From NCBI GenBank assembly GCA_964362455.1, contig CAYIEJ010000003.1, positions 1 to 32,003 of the forward strand: a DNA stretch of 32,003 nucleotides, written 5' to 3'. Shown here one piece after another: positions 8,375 to 17,355 of the stretch; positions within the stretch are counted from its first letter, which is position 1; each line of letters opens with the position of its first letter. Made by a program: the position numbers and the translations under genes. The notes beneath the pieces were generated by a model. That model made no database searches. It was not told the origin of the DNA and saw nothing but the letters and a program-made list of their open reading frames with translations. Origin of the DNA: an uncultured Candidatus Saccharibacteria bacterium (GTDB taxonomy: Bacteria; Patescibacteriota; Minisyncoccia; UBA6257; GWB1-50-10).

Positions 8375-9088
8375 ATGCCTTACGAATTGAAACTTGAACA
8401 CTACGCGGGCCCGCTCGATAAACTACTGGAACTGGTTGAAGAAAAAAAACTGGAAATCTCACTTGTTAATTTAGCCGAAGTAACGGGCGACTTTTTAAAC
8501 TACCTTAAAAAACTTGAAGCCGAAACAAAGAACCACGCTCTAATTGCCGACTTTCTTGTAATTGCTTCAAAACTCCTGCTTATTAAATCAAAAATTCTAA
8601 TTCCGTCGCTCGCGCTGGAAGAAGAAGAAAAAACTGATATCCAAGATTTAGAACGGCGGCTCAAAATTTACCAAGAATTTAAAAAGGCGCAAAACCACAT
8701 CAAGAATAACTGGGGTATTTTGCCACAAATGGGAACTAGAGAATTTTTAATGATGAGCGGACCGATTTTTTACCCGCCAAAAAAGCTGGAAAAAGAACAA
8801 CTTGGGGAGATTTTAATGAAAATAACCGGCGAGCTGGAAAAAATTTTCAAACCCAAAACAATCATCAAAAATGAAATTATCAGTTTAAAAAATAAAATCG
8901 CGGAGGTTTTAAAAAGATTAACCGAAACGCCGCTCGGTTTCAAAAAACTCCACGGCGACCGACCGAAAAACGAGCTTGTTGTTCTTTTCTTGGCCATACT
9001 CCATCTTATTAAAGACCAGTTAGTTTATGCCGAACAAACAGCGCATTTTGACGATATTAAGATTGCGAAGGCGCAAAAAATAAATTAA
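8375..9088 (+). CDS. scpA: segregation and condensation protein A
   Basis: 237 aa. N-terminus LEHYAGPLDKLLELVEEKKLEISLVNLAEVTGDFL is typical of ScpA, and scpB follows immediately. Confidence 0.85.
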   Translation: MPYELKLEHYAGPLDKLLELVEEKKLEISLVNLAEVTGDFLNYLKKLEAETKNHALIADFLVIASKLLLIKSKILIPSLALEEEEKTDIQDLERRLKIYQEFKKAQNHIKNNWGILPQMGTREFLMMSGPIFYPPKKLEKEQLGEILMKITGELEKIFKPKTIIKNEIISLKNKIAEVLKRLTETPLGFKKLHGDRPKNELVVLFLAILHLIKDQLVYAEQTAHFDDIKIAKAQKIN

Positions 9089-9102
9089 TATCAATTACGT
9101 TA

Positions 9103-9678
9103 ATGAACGAAAATACAATTCCAAATCAATCCCAAGAAGCTGCGTTAGAAGCGCTTCTTTTTCATTACGGCGAACCGATTGCCATAAAAAACATCGCTAA
9201 ATTTTTGAATTTAAAAAAAGAAGCGTGTGAAAGCACCATTGACGAATACGGAAAAAAACTCGAAGAAAACCCCGAAAGGGGACTGATACTCCTTAAAAAA
9301 GAGGATAAAATCCAATTAGTCACAAAACCGGAATTTAAAGAAATTGCGCAAAAACTAATCGAGGAAGAATTCAAACAGGAACTTTCACCAGCGTCTTTGG
9401 AAACACTCACCATCATCGCTTACTTGGGGCCCATACCGCGTGCGACGATTGATTATATCCGCGGCGTCAATTCAAGTTTCACCTTAAGAAACCTTTATCT
9501 TCGGGGCCTCGTGGAACGCAACATCAAAGAGGGCAAAGGCAATATTTATTACTATCGGGCGAGTTTTGATTTTCTAAAACATATGGGGCTTACGAAACAA
9601 GAAGAATTACCAGAGTATGAAAAGTATAAAAACATTTTGGAAAGTTTTGAAATCCAAACCCAACAAGAATCAATATGA
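9103..9678 (+). CDS. scpB: segregation and condensation protein B
   Basis: 191 aa. Contains EALLFHYGEPIAIKNIAKFL and SPASLETLTIIAYLGPIPRATIDYIRGV, winged-helix motifs typical of ScpB. Confidence 0.85.
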   Translation: MNENTIPNQSQEAALEALLFHYGEPIAIKNIAKFLNLKKEACESTIDEYGKKLEENPERGLILLKKEDKIQLVTKPEFKEIAQKLIEEEFKQELSPASLETLTIIAYLGPIPRATIDYIRGVNSSFTLRNLYLRGLVERNIKEGKGNIYYYRASFDFLKHMGLTKQEELPEYEKYKNILESFEIQTQQESI

Positions 9679-9679
9679 G

Positions 9680-9796
9680 TCCCGTTAGAAATAATCTAGA
9701 ATTAAGAACTTAACTTAAAATAACCACAGGATCATGAAAGTCGAAATCATCAAATACAAAAAACGGAAGTGCGAGCACTTCCTATTTCTAACGGGA
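9680..9796. mobile_element. MITE-like element E3 (117 bp) with TIR TCCCGTTAGAAATA...TATTTCTAACGGGA and 4-bp flanking duplication TGAG
   Basis: TGAG at 9676-9679 and 9797-9800. Internal 8-bp hairpin GGAAGTGC-GA-GCACTTCC. Confidence 0.7.
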
Positions 9797-10761
9797 TGAG
9801 TATTAAATGGCAAGCGCTAATCTTAATAATCTTTATCTTACTCTCTGTAACTATAACAAGGGTCAGTTTTTCAAGCCGTGAATTCTCAATCCAAAACACC
9901 AATCCAACACCTAAACAACCAGACAAGTTTTCAACATCAACGCCGAATTTTTCCTACCAGCGGGCATCGCTTATTGCCGCCCAGGGCTTGGAGATAAAAA
10001 AAGCGCCGACGCGCAAATGGAACATTTTAGACCCCCAAATCAAGGCTGAAACCATACTTATTCAATCGCTTGACGAACAATTCCCTTTTTTCCACTACAA
10101 CACTTACCAAAACTGGCCCCTTGCTTCACTCACCAAACTTCTAACCGCGGTTGTCGCGCTTGAAGAAATCGGCGCCAATAAAAAAATTATAATCACGGAG
10201 CGAGCTGAAAAAACCGAGGGCGATGCCGGCGGCCTCAAGGCCAGTGAAATTTATACCGCCCGCGATCTTTTGAAAATTATGCTGCTTACCTCAAGCAATG
10301 ACGCCGTCGTCGCCTTTGAAGATTATACGGGCAGCCCGGAAGAATTTGTGAGAATACTAAACCGCAAAGCGGAAAAATTGGGAATGACGCAAACCGTTTT
10401 ACACGACGGAAGCGGTCTCTCCGACCTTAACCGGGGAACGGCGAACGACCTTCTAAAATTAATTAAATATATCCTTGAAAACGAACCGGAAATAATTAAC
10501 TGGACTCGCCTTAACGAATTTTTAGTCCAACCGATTAATGACACAAATTACAGAACAGTTTATAACATCAACCCCTTGGTCAAAAACCAAAATTTCCTTG
10601 GCGGCAAAACCGGCACTTCGGAAGAAGCCAAAGAAAATCTCATTGGTGTTTTTTCTTTAGAGAATTACCGTGTGGTTCTAATTTTACTTGGTTCACCGAA
10701 TCGCGTTAAAGAAGCTGAGTTTTTATTAAACTGGGTTAAAGAAGCATATACATTACCATGA
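9796..10761 (+). CDS. serine-type D-Ala-D-Ala carboxypeptidase (peptidase S11, PBP5-like)
   Basis: I trimmed the track ORF 9769..10761 to the ATG at 9796 (MSIKWQ...), because upstream codons lie in MITE E3. Motifs SLTK (SxxK), SSND (SxN) and KTGT (KTG). Confidence 0.8.
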   Translation: MSIKWQALILIIFILLSVTITRVSFSSREFSIQNTNPTPKQPDKFSTSTPNFSYQRASLIAAQGLEIKKAPTRKWNILDPQIKAETILIQSLDEQFPFFHYNTYQNWPLASLTKLLTAVVALEEIGANKKIIITERAEKTEGDAGGLKASEIYTARDLLKIMLLTSSNDAVVAFEDYTGSPEEFVRILNRKAEKLGMTQTVLHDGSGLSDLNRGTANDLLKLIKYILENEPEIINWTRLNEFLVQPINDTNYRTVYNINPLVKNQNFLGGKTGTSEEAKENLIGVFSLENYRVVLILLGSPNRVKEAEFLLNWVKEAYTLP

Positions 10762-11807
10762 TTATATTTGAGGCGGTAAGAGTTTTAATGATGTTCGCGT
10801 TGGCGTTCGTGGTCGCGCTACTTATCACGCCTTTTGTCGTCCATTTTCTTTTGGAGAAATACGCTCTCAAAAAGAAAAATATCAAAGACGAAAAAACCGC
10901 GCCCATTTTTCACCAACTCCACAAACAAAAATCCGAAACGCCGACAATGGGCGGCATAATTATCTGGCTAACGGTTTTCCTGCTGGCCGCTTTGTTTGGC
11001 CTTTTTAAAAACTTGCTTAACGGTTTTGCCGACTATTTTAATTTTGTAAACCGCGCCGAAACTTATCTTCCATTATTTGCTCTTTTTTTTGCGGCGCTTG
11101 TCGGATTATTTGACGACGTTTTCGGCATTCTAGGCAAAGGGCCGCGCGGCGGGGGACTTGGTATGAAGCAAAGGCTTTTACTCTATACCTTAATATCGGC
11201 ATTAGGCGCCTGGTGGTTTTATTTCAAGTTGGGTTTTGACATCCTTTATATTCCTTTTATCGGCTATATTTCAATGGGTTTTTGGTATATCCCGTTTTTT
11301 ATCTTCGTTTTGGTCGCAACGGCTTTTTCCGCAAACGAAACCGACGGTCTGGACGGTTTGGCCGGCGGCGTATTGCTTTTTGCCTTCAGCGCTATGACCG
11401 TCGTGGCTTTTGTGCTTGAACGATATGACTTAGCCGTTATGAATGCAGCAATTTTAGGCGCGCTTCTGGCTTTTATTTGGTTTAATATTTTTCCGGCAAG
11501 ATTTTTTATGGGCGATACCGGCTCAATGGCGCTTGGTATTACTCTGGGTGTCACCGCTATGCTCACCAACACGGCGCTTTTCTTGCCTTTTTTCGCCTTT
11601 ATTCTTGTTATCGAAACGCTTTCGGTTATTGTCCAGATAACAAGCAAAAAAATCAGGAAAAAGAAAATATTCTTATCTACGCCAATCCATCATCATTTTG
11701 AAGCATTAGGTTGGCCGGAAAGCAGAGTAACAATGCGCTTTTGGATTATTTCGGCCGTCATGACGATTTTCGGTCTGGTTTTATTTTTTCTGGCCCGTTT
11801 CGTTTAA
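10758..11807 (+). CDS. mraY: phospho-N-acetylmuramoyl-pentapeptide transferase
   Basis: Motifs TPTMGG, DDVFGI, NETDGLDGLAGG, FMGDTGSMALG and PIHHHFE. Confidence 0.92.
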   Translation: MIIFEAVRVLMMFALAFVVALLITPFVVHFLLEKYALKKKNIKDEKTAPIFHQLHKQKSETPTMGGIIIWLTVFLLAALFGLFKNLLNGFADYFNFVNRAETYLPLFALFFAALVGLFDDVFGILGKGPRGGGLGMKQRLLLYTLISALGAWWFYFKLGFDILYIPFIGYISMGFWYIPFFIFVLVATAFSANETDGLDGLAGGVLLFAFSAMTVVAFVLERYDLAVMNAAILGALLAFIWFNIFPARFFMGDTGSMALGITLGVTAMLTNTALFLPFFAFILVIETLSVIVQITSKKIRKKKIFLSTPIHHHFEALGWPESRVTMRFWIISAVMTIFGLVLFFLARFV

Positions 11808-11837
11808 TCTTCCTATTCGAGATAGTATAATAAAAGC

Positions 11838-13310
11838 ATGACCACCATTATTAAAAATGGTTTTATTTATGATGGCAGTGGACGACCTCCTTTTAAAGGC
11901 GATATTCTGATCCGCGGCGACCGCATCATCCATTTCGGCAACAACGTCAACAGAAAGACCGATAAAGCGATTGACGCAAACGGCGCGATTGTCACGCCAG
12001 GTTTTATTGACATCAACAATGCTGCCGACCATTACTTAGATATTTTTGCCAAACCCGAACAAGAAACTTTTTTAAAACAGGGAATTACCACTTTAATCGG
12101 CGGCAATTGCGGCGCCTCGCTCGCGCCCCTTATAAAAGGTTCCCTAAACCCGCTCCGTAAATGGGGCGAATCGCCGAAAATAAACATCAATTGGCATTCT
12201 GTCAGGGAATTTTTGAACACGCTCAAGAAAAAAAGATTGGGCATAAACTTCGGCACACTTGTCGGCCACTCAACAATACGAAGAGCTTTAACCAACGATG
12301 AAATCAGGGATTTGACCGAAGGTGAGCTTGCGGCTTTCAAAAAAATCCTTAATCAAGCCCTCAAAGAAGGCGCTTTTGGTTTATCAATCGGCTTAGAAGA
12401 TGTCCATTCAAAACATATTCATTATTATGAATTGCTTGCGCTCGCAAAAATTGTGAGCGCAAATAAAAAAATTTTTGCGACCCATTTGCGCGATTCTAAA
12501 GATGGAATAGAAAATTCAATTCAGGAAACTATCAAAATCGCAAAACAAACCGGCGTCAACCTCGAAATCAGCCATTTCCTGCCCATTAAAAAATTCAAAG
12601 AAAATTATTTAAAATCCAAGGAATTGATTGAAAAAGAAATTTCCGATACGCATATCAATTTTGACTGCCATCCCTTTGAATTTACGGCATCGCCGATTTA
12701 TAAACTTCTACCAGAACGGATTCAAGCGGAAAATTTGGAGCAAATGCTTATGTACGTCAACACGCCGCATCTAAAAAACGAACTTCTCGCGCATTTCAAA
12801 AATTTTACCGCTAAAGATTTGATTATCGGTTATACGGCGCCTTCTTTAAAATTTCTAAAAAATAAATCGCTCAAAGATTTTGCCAAAAATTCCGGCCTCA
12901 AAACCGAGGAAGCGCTTTTAAAACTGATGAGAATCTGCCACCTTCGGGCAACCGTCCTTTATCGGAACGTCGACGCGAAAACTATTAAAGATTTTTTGCT
13001 TTCGCCCGTTTCGATTATCGCCTCAGGCAACATTGGCATAAACGACGAACACCAAATTTTTTTAGAATTTCTGAAATGGTTCAAAGATAAAACTAATCTG
13101 CCTTTGGAAAAAGCAATCGTAAAAATAACCTCGATGCCGGCGCAAAAATACGGAATTAACAAAAGAGGATTGATTAAAGAAAATTATCACGCGGACATTG
13201 TTGTTATTCGCGATTTCAAAGCGAGCGAAGTTCTGATAAACGGCCAAATAGTTGTCAAAGATGGAAAATCGCAAAACGCCTTAGCCGGTCATATTTTATG
13301 CGCCACTTAA
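11838..13310 (+). CDS. amidohydrolase-superfamily protein (D-aminoacylase-like) with a degenerate metal-binding motif
   Basis: N-terminus IYDGSG...GDILIRGDRI...AIDANGAIVTPGFIDINNAADH resembles N-acyl-D-amino-acid deacylases, but the expected HxH after PGFID is NNAADH. Confidence 0.65.
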   Translation: MTTIIKNGFIYDGSGRPPFKGDILIRGDRIIHFGNNVNRKTDKAIDANGAIVTPGFIDINNAADHYLDIFAKPEQETFLKQGITTLIGGNCGASLAPLIKGSLNPLRKWGESPKININWHSVREFLNTLKKKRLGINFGTLVGHSTIRRALTNDEIRDLTEGELAAFKKILNQALKEGAFGLSIGLEDVHSKHIHYYELLALAKIVSANKKIFATHLRDSKDGIENSIQETIKIAKQTGVNLEISHFLPIKKFKENYLKSKELIEKEISDTHINFDCHPFEFTASPIYKLLPERIQAENLEQMLMYVNTPHLKNELLAHFKNFTAKDLIIGYTAPSLKFLKNKSLKDFAKNSGLKTEEALLKLMRICHLRATVLYRNVDAKTIKDFLLSPVSIIASGNIGINDEHQIFLEFLKWFKDKTNLPLEKAIVKITSMPAQKYGINKRGLIKENYHADIVVIRDFKASEVLINGQIVVKDGKSQNALAGHILCAT

Positions 13311-14398
13311 GCAAAACATCAAGTCCGGATTTCGCTTTTCTGTCGCTCCTTATTATCTTAGTTATTTTCGGATTGGTAATGCTGACCAGCGCCTCATCAG
13401 ACCTTGCCAAAACAAGGCTCGGCGACAGCCTGTATTATTTAAAACATCAGCTGATCACGGGTTTATTGGTCGGCATAGTCGGCTTTTTAGTCGGTTTTTT
13501 TCTTTTTTACCGGCGTTGGGCTAATTTGGCGATTATCCTCCTAATTTTAAACATAATTTTTTTGATTTTGGTTTTCACGCCCTTCGGCATCGAAGCCAAA
13601 GGCGCAAACCGCTGGCTTGGTTATGGAAGCTTTTCTTTTCAGCCGGGGGAACTCCTTAAATTAAGCTTTCTCATTTTTTTAGCTTTTTGGATTAGTAAAA
13701 GCCAAACACGCGGGAAAAGCGCAAGCCAAGGACTCCTGCCGTTTCTTTTTCTAATCGGCATTGTTGTGGGCTTGCTATTGCTTCAACCAGCCACCACAAC
13801 CGCCGTATTAATTGCCGCTTCAGCCGCCATCATGTATTTCATAGGGGGCGCAAAAATTAAATTTTTAATCGCGCTTGTACTGTTGGGTATCCTAATTTTC
13901 ACAATCGTGGTTTCGTTGACGCCTTATCGCATGGAAAGAATAAAATCATTTCTTGACCGAGAAACGAACAAACTCGATGAGGGTTATCAAATTAATCAAA
14001 CCTTAATTGCGATTGGTTCCGGCGGCTTAACCGGCACGGGTTTCGGCAAATCAAACATTAAAATGCATTTACCCGAACCGCTCGGCGATTCGATATTCGC
14101 GGTTATCGCCGAGGAATTAGGATTTATCGGCTCGGCGTTATTAATAATAATTTTTCTTCTGTTTATTTGGCGGGGTTTTAAAATCGCCAAAGCTTCGCCG
14201 GATAATTTCAGCCGTCTTTTAGCAATCGGCTTTTCCTCTTTAATCGGGCTTCAAACCTTTATCAACATCGGTGCGATGACGGGAATTATTCCCTTAACCG
14301 GCGTGCCTCTACCGTTTATAAGTTACGGCGGCACGGCTCTCGTTGTTTTTTTGACGATGAGCGGCATTATGCTTAATATATCAAAATACAGAAAATAA
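13298..14398 (+). CDS. ftsW: SEDS-family peptidoglycan glycosyltransferase FtsW/RodA
   Basis: 366 aa and about 10 TM helices. Motifs FQPGELLKL, DSIFAVIAEELGFIG and PLPFISYGGT. Lies between mraY and murG. Confidence 0.85.
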   Translation: MRHLSKTSSPDFAFLSLLIILVIFGLVMLTSASSDLAKTRLGDSLYYLKHQLITGLLVGIVGFLVGFFLFYRRWANLAIILLILNIIFLILVFTPFGIEAKGANRWLGYGSFSFQPGELLKLSFLIFLAFWISKSQTRGKSASQGLLPFLFLIGIVVGLLLLQPATTTAVLIAASAAIMYFIGGAKIKFLIALVLLGILIFTIVVSLTPYRMERIKSFLDRETNKLDEGYQINQTLIAIGSGGLTGTGFGKSNIKMHLPEPLGDSIFAVIAEELGFIGSALLIIIFLLFIWRGFKIAKASPDNFSRLLAIGFSSLIGLQTFINIGAMTGIIPLTGVPLPFISYGGTALVVFLTMSGIMLNISKYRK

Positions 14399-14404
14399 TT
14401 TTAA

Positions 14405-15529
14405 ATGACTAAAATTTTGTTAACTGGCGGCGGAAGCGGGGGACATATTTACCCGCTCTTAGCTGTGGCTGAAAATCTAAAAAAAACAGCCGAGGATATT
14501 GAGCTTTTTTACCTGGGACCGGCAAACCCCCTAAACGATGAATTTAAAAAATTAGACATTAAAGTTTATACGCTCGCTTCGAGCAAATTAAGGCGCTATT
14601 TCTCGCTGGCTAATTTTCTGGATATCCCGAAATTTATTTTGAGTATTTTTCAAGCGATGTTTCGTCTTTATTTTTTAATGCCCGATATCGTTTTTTCAAA
14701 AGGCGGCCCCGGGTCTTTCGCGGTTATTCTGGCAGCCCGTTTTTACTTCATTCCAGTCGTTATCCACGAGTCAGATTCAATCGCAAGCCTCACTAATCGG
14801 CTCAGCGCGGGGTTGGCAAAAAAAATAGTCATTTCTTTTGAAAACACAACCTCTTATTTTCCGAAGAAAAAAACAAAACTAACCGGCAATCCCATTAGGG
14901 AGGAACTTTTAGAAAAATTGCCAGAACAGAACAAAGCCAAAACCGAATTAGGTTTTAACCCAGAAGAACCGCTTGTCCTGATTTTCGGCGGCTCTCAAGG
15001 CGCTCGCCGCATAGACAATTTTGTTCTGGAAAATCTGGAAACCCTTCTCGCGGCCACCCAAATTTACCATCTAACAGGCACAAATAAACTTGAGGAAACA
15101 AAACAAACATCTTCCGCCATCCTTGGCGGATTGGGAGACAACCTCCGAAAACGCTATCTTTTAGCCGGCCGGCTTCGCACCGATGAGATAAAAATCGCTA
15201 TGAATGCGGCGGACCTAATTATTTCCCGGGCGGGCGCAGGCGCGATTTACGAAATAGCCGCATTTCAAAAACCATCTATTTTGATACCTTTAAGCGGTTC
15301 GGCAAATAATCACCAAAAAAACAACGCTTACGAATATGCGAAAAAAGGAGCGACGTGTGTTATTGAGGAAGAAAATTTCAAAATCAGCATCGTTCTCATG
15401 CAAATTAAAAATATTTTAAAAGACGAAAACCTTATGCAAAAAATGAAAGAAGCGGCTCAAAAATTTTCAAAAACAGAAGCCGCCGCGGTTATAGCAAAAG
15501 AAATTTTGGAGTTAATTCCGAAAAAGTAA
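14405..15529 (+). CDS. murG: UDP-N-acetylglucosamine--N-acetylmuramyl-(pentapeptide) pyrophosphoryl-undecaprenol GlcNAc transferase
   Basis: Motifs GGGSGGHIYP, FGGSQGA and ISRAGAGAIYE. Confidence 0.9.
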   Translation: MTKILLTGGGSGGHIYPLLAVAENLKKTAEDIELFYLGPANPLNDEFKKLDIKVYTLASSKLRRYFSLANFLDIPKFILSIFQAMFRLYFLMPDIVFSKGGPGSFAVILAARFYFIPVVIHESDSIASLTNRLSAGLAKKIVISFENTTSYFPKKKTKLTGNPIREELLEKLPEQNKAKTELGFNPEEPLVLIFGGSQGARRIDNFVLENLETLLAATQIYHLTGTNKLEETKQTSSAILGGLGDNLRKRYLLAGRLRTDEIKIAMNAADLIISRAGAGAIYEIAAFQKPSILIPLSGSANNHQKNNAYEYAKKGATCVIEEENFKISIVLMQIKNILKDENLMQKMKEAAQKFSKTEAAAVIAKEILELIPKK

Positions 15530-15589
15530 ACTATTTGTTTATTTCTTTTCTAAACCTGTAACCCAGGTTACAAACTTAGAAAAAATGAG

Positions 15590-15830
15590 GAGGGTTGGAC
15601 GCTAAGGCCCAACCGCGTGCTCCTCGTCACGGATACGTTGATTGCCGACGTATCAACGGCTCCCGCGGGGGTTGAGGCTAACGCTATTGGGCGTGCAATG
15701 CCTCTTGCTTGAAATGTGGCTCCGACCGCAAAGCGATAGCCATAAGCGCTAGATACCGCCGGTAGAGCTGCATTCGCCAGCCTAAATGGATGTCGTCAAC
15801 GTATCAACGGTTTATTCTCACCACGATCAG
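15590..15830. ncRNA. candidate structured RNA of unknown class in the murG-gltX spacer
   Basis: About 240 bp that is clearly more GC-rich than its surroundings and has no ORF. Hairpin GGGTTGG-N9-CCCAACC (15591-15613). GATACGTTGA (15632-15641) can pair with TCAACGTATC (15796-15805). ACGTATCAACGG occurs twice. Confidence 0.3.
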
Positions 15831-15935
15831 TGATGAATCTAACTAAATGAACTAATCAAATCCTATCATAGATAATAATAAATGTCAAGTTTGAAACATT
15901 AGAAAAGCCTTAAAAAAGCTTATATAATAGATAAA

Positions 15936-17348
15936 ATGAGCATTAAAGTAAGATTTGCTCCATCGCCAACCGGCCCTTTCAGCGTTGGAAATGCCCGAAC
16001 CGCGCTTTTTAACTGGCTTTTTGCTAAACATGAAGGCGGCGAATTTCTGCTAAGAATAGAGGATACCGATAAGGAGCGCTCGGAGAAAAAATTTGAGGAT
16101 GACATTATTCACGGTTTGGAATGGCTGGGTCTTACCTCAAACGGTGAAATTATAAGACAAAGCGAGAGATCGGAGATTTACAAAACTTATCTCAACAAAC
16201 TTCTGGAAGGGGGGTTAGCTTACTGGTGTTTTTGTACGACGGAAGAGTTAGAAATAGAAAGACAAGCCCAACTAAGCCAAGGACTTGCGCCAAAATACAG
16301 CGGCCGCTGTCGGGGAATTTCTCACGAAGAAGCCCAAAAAAGACTCCAAAACGAAACTGCGGTCATTCGTTTTAAAATGCCGGAAAAAACAATTTCGTTC
16401 CATGACATTGTTCGCGGCAAAGTTGAGTTCAAAACAGCTTTAATCGGAGACATTATCATCGCCAAAAACCTGAAAGAACCGCTTTATAACTTTACGGCTG
16501 CGATTGACGATTTTGAGATGAAAATCACCCACGTCATCCGCGGCGAAGACCATATTTCAAATACGCCGAAACAAATCGCACTCCAAGAAGCTTTAGGATT
16601 CAACCATCCCCATTACGCACACTTACCTTTAATTTTGGGCCCCGACCGAAAAAAACTTTCAAAAAGATTTCTTGAGCATTCGCTTCTTGATTATAAAAAC
16701 GCCGGTTATCTGCCCCAAGCCCTAATGAACTTTCTGGTACTATTGGGCTGGCATCCGGAAGAAGATAAAGAAATTTTAGGAATAGGCGAAATGATTAAAG
16801 AATTCAATTTAAAACGCGTTCAGAAAGGCGGCGCCATAATGAATTCAGAAAAATTGGAATGGCTAAACGCCCATTATATTAAAACCTTGCCCACTAACGA
16901 GTTGTTCGAATACTTAAAGCCTTTTATTCCGGCTTTCTGGCTCAATCAGGAAACAATGATAAAAAAAATCGTCGAAGTCGAAAAAATAAGGTTGAAACGC
17001 TTGACTGATTTTCCAAAACAAACAAGTTTCTTTTTCATGCTGTCCGACTATCCAAAAGACTTATTAAATTGGAAAGAGACAGAAAACTCCGTCACTTTAG
17101 CAAATTTGAAAAAAATCTCGGAAATCGTAAAAAAAATCCCGACCGATGAATTTTTAAAAGAAGGGATTGAAAAAAACATCATGGCCTTAACCAAAGAAAA
17201 AGGCAGGGGAGAAGTGCTTTGGCCGCTACGCGTCGCGCTCTCAGGCGAAGAGGCCTCGCCCGGGCCCATAGAACTTATTGATATTTTAGGCAAAGATGAG
17301 ACCGTTGCAAGAATTGAAATCGCCATCAAAAAATTGAAAAACGGATAA
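15936..17348 (+). CDS. gltX: glutamyl-tRNA synthetase
   Basis: RFAPSPTGPFSVGNARTALFNWL (HIGH region with S in place of H), IRGEDHISNTPKQ and KLSKR (KMSKS). Confidence 0.92.
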   Translation: MSIKVRFAPSPTGPFSVGNARTALFNWLFAKHEGGEFLLRIEDTDKERSEKKFEDDIIHGLEWLGLTSNGEIIRQSERSEIYKTYLNKLLEGGLAYWCFCTTEELEIERQAQLSQGLAPKYSGRCRGISHEEAQKRLQNETAVIRFKMPEKTISFHDIVRGKVEFKTALIGDIIIAKNLKEPLYNFTAAIDDFEMKITHVIRGEDHISNTPKQIALQEALGFNHPHYAHLPLILGPDRKKLSKRFLEHSLLDYKNAGYLPQALMNFLVLLGWHPEEDKEILGIGEMIKEFNLKRVQKGGAIMNSEKLEWLNAHYIKTLPTNELFEYLKPFIPAFWLNQETMIKKIVEVEKIRLKRLTDFPKQTSFFFMLSDYPKDLLNWKETENSVTLANLKKISEIVKKIPTDEFLKEGIEKNIMALTKEKGRGEVLWPLRVALSGEEASPGPIELIDILGKDETVARIEIAIKKLKNG

Positions 17349-17355
17349 ATTCGCT

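Noticed and set aside
15829-15835. GTGATGA (box C-like) motif near the GC-rich island
   Set aside because: It is a single heptamer with no paired box D/C'/D' arrangement, and it is far from the Tas locus. It is expected by chance.
15530-15935. T-box riboswitch, tmRNA, SRP RNA or 6S RNA in the murG-gltX spacer
   Set aside because: By eye I could not find the T-box consensus (GGGTGGTACCGCG-like), a specifier-loop arrangement, a tmRNA tRNA-like end (…CCACCA, T-arm), or the SRP GGAA/AGCAGC domain IV. It is kept only as an unclassified candidate RNA.
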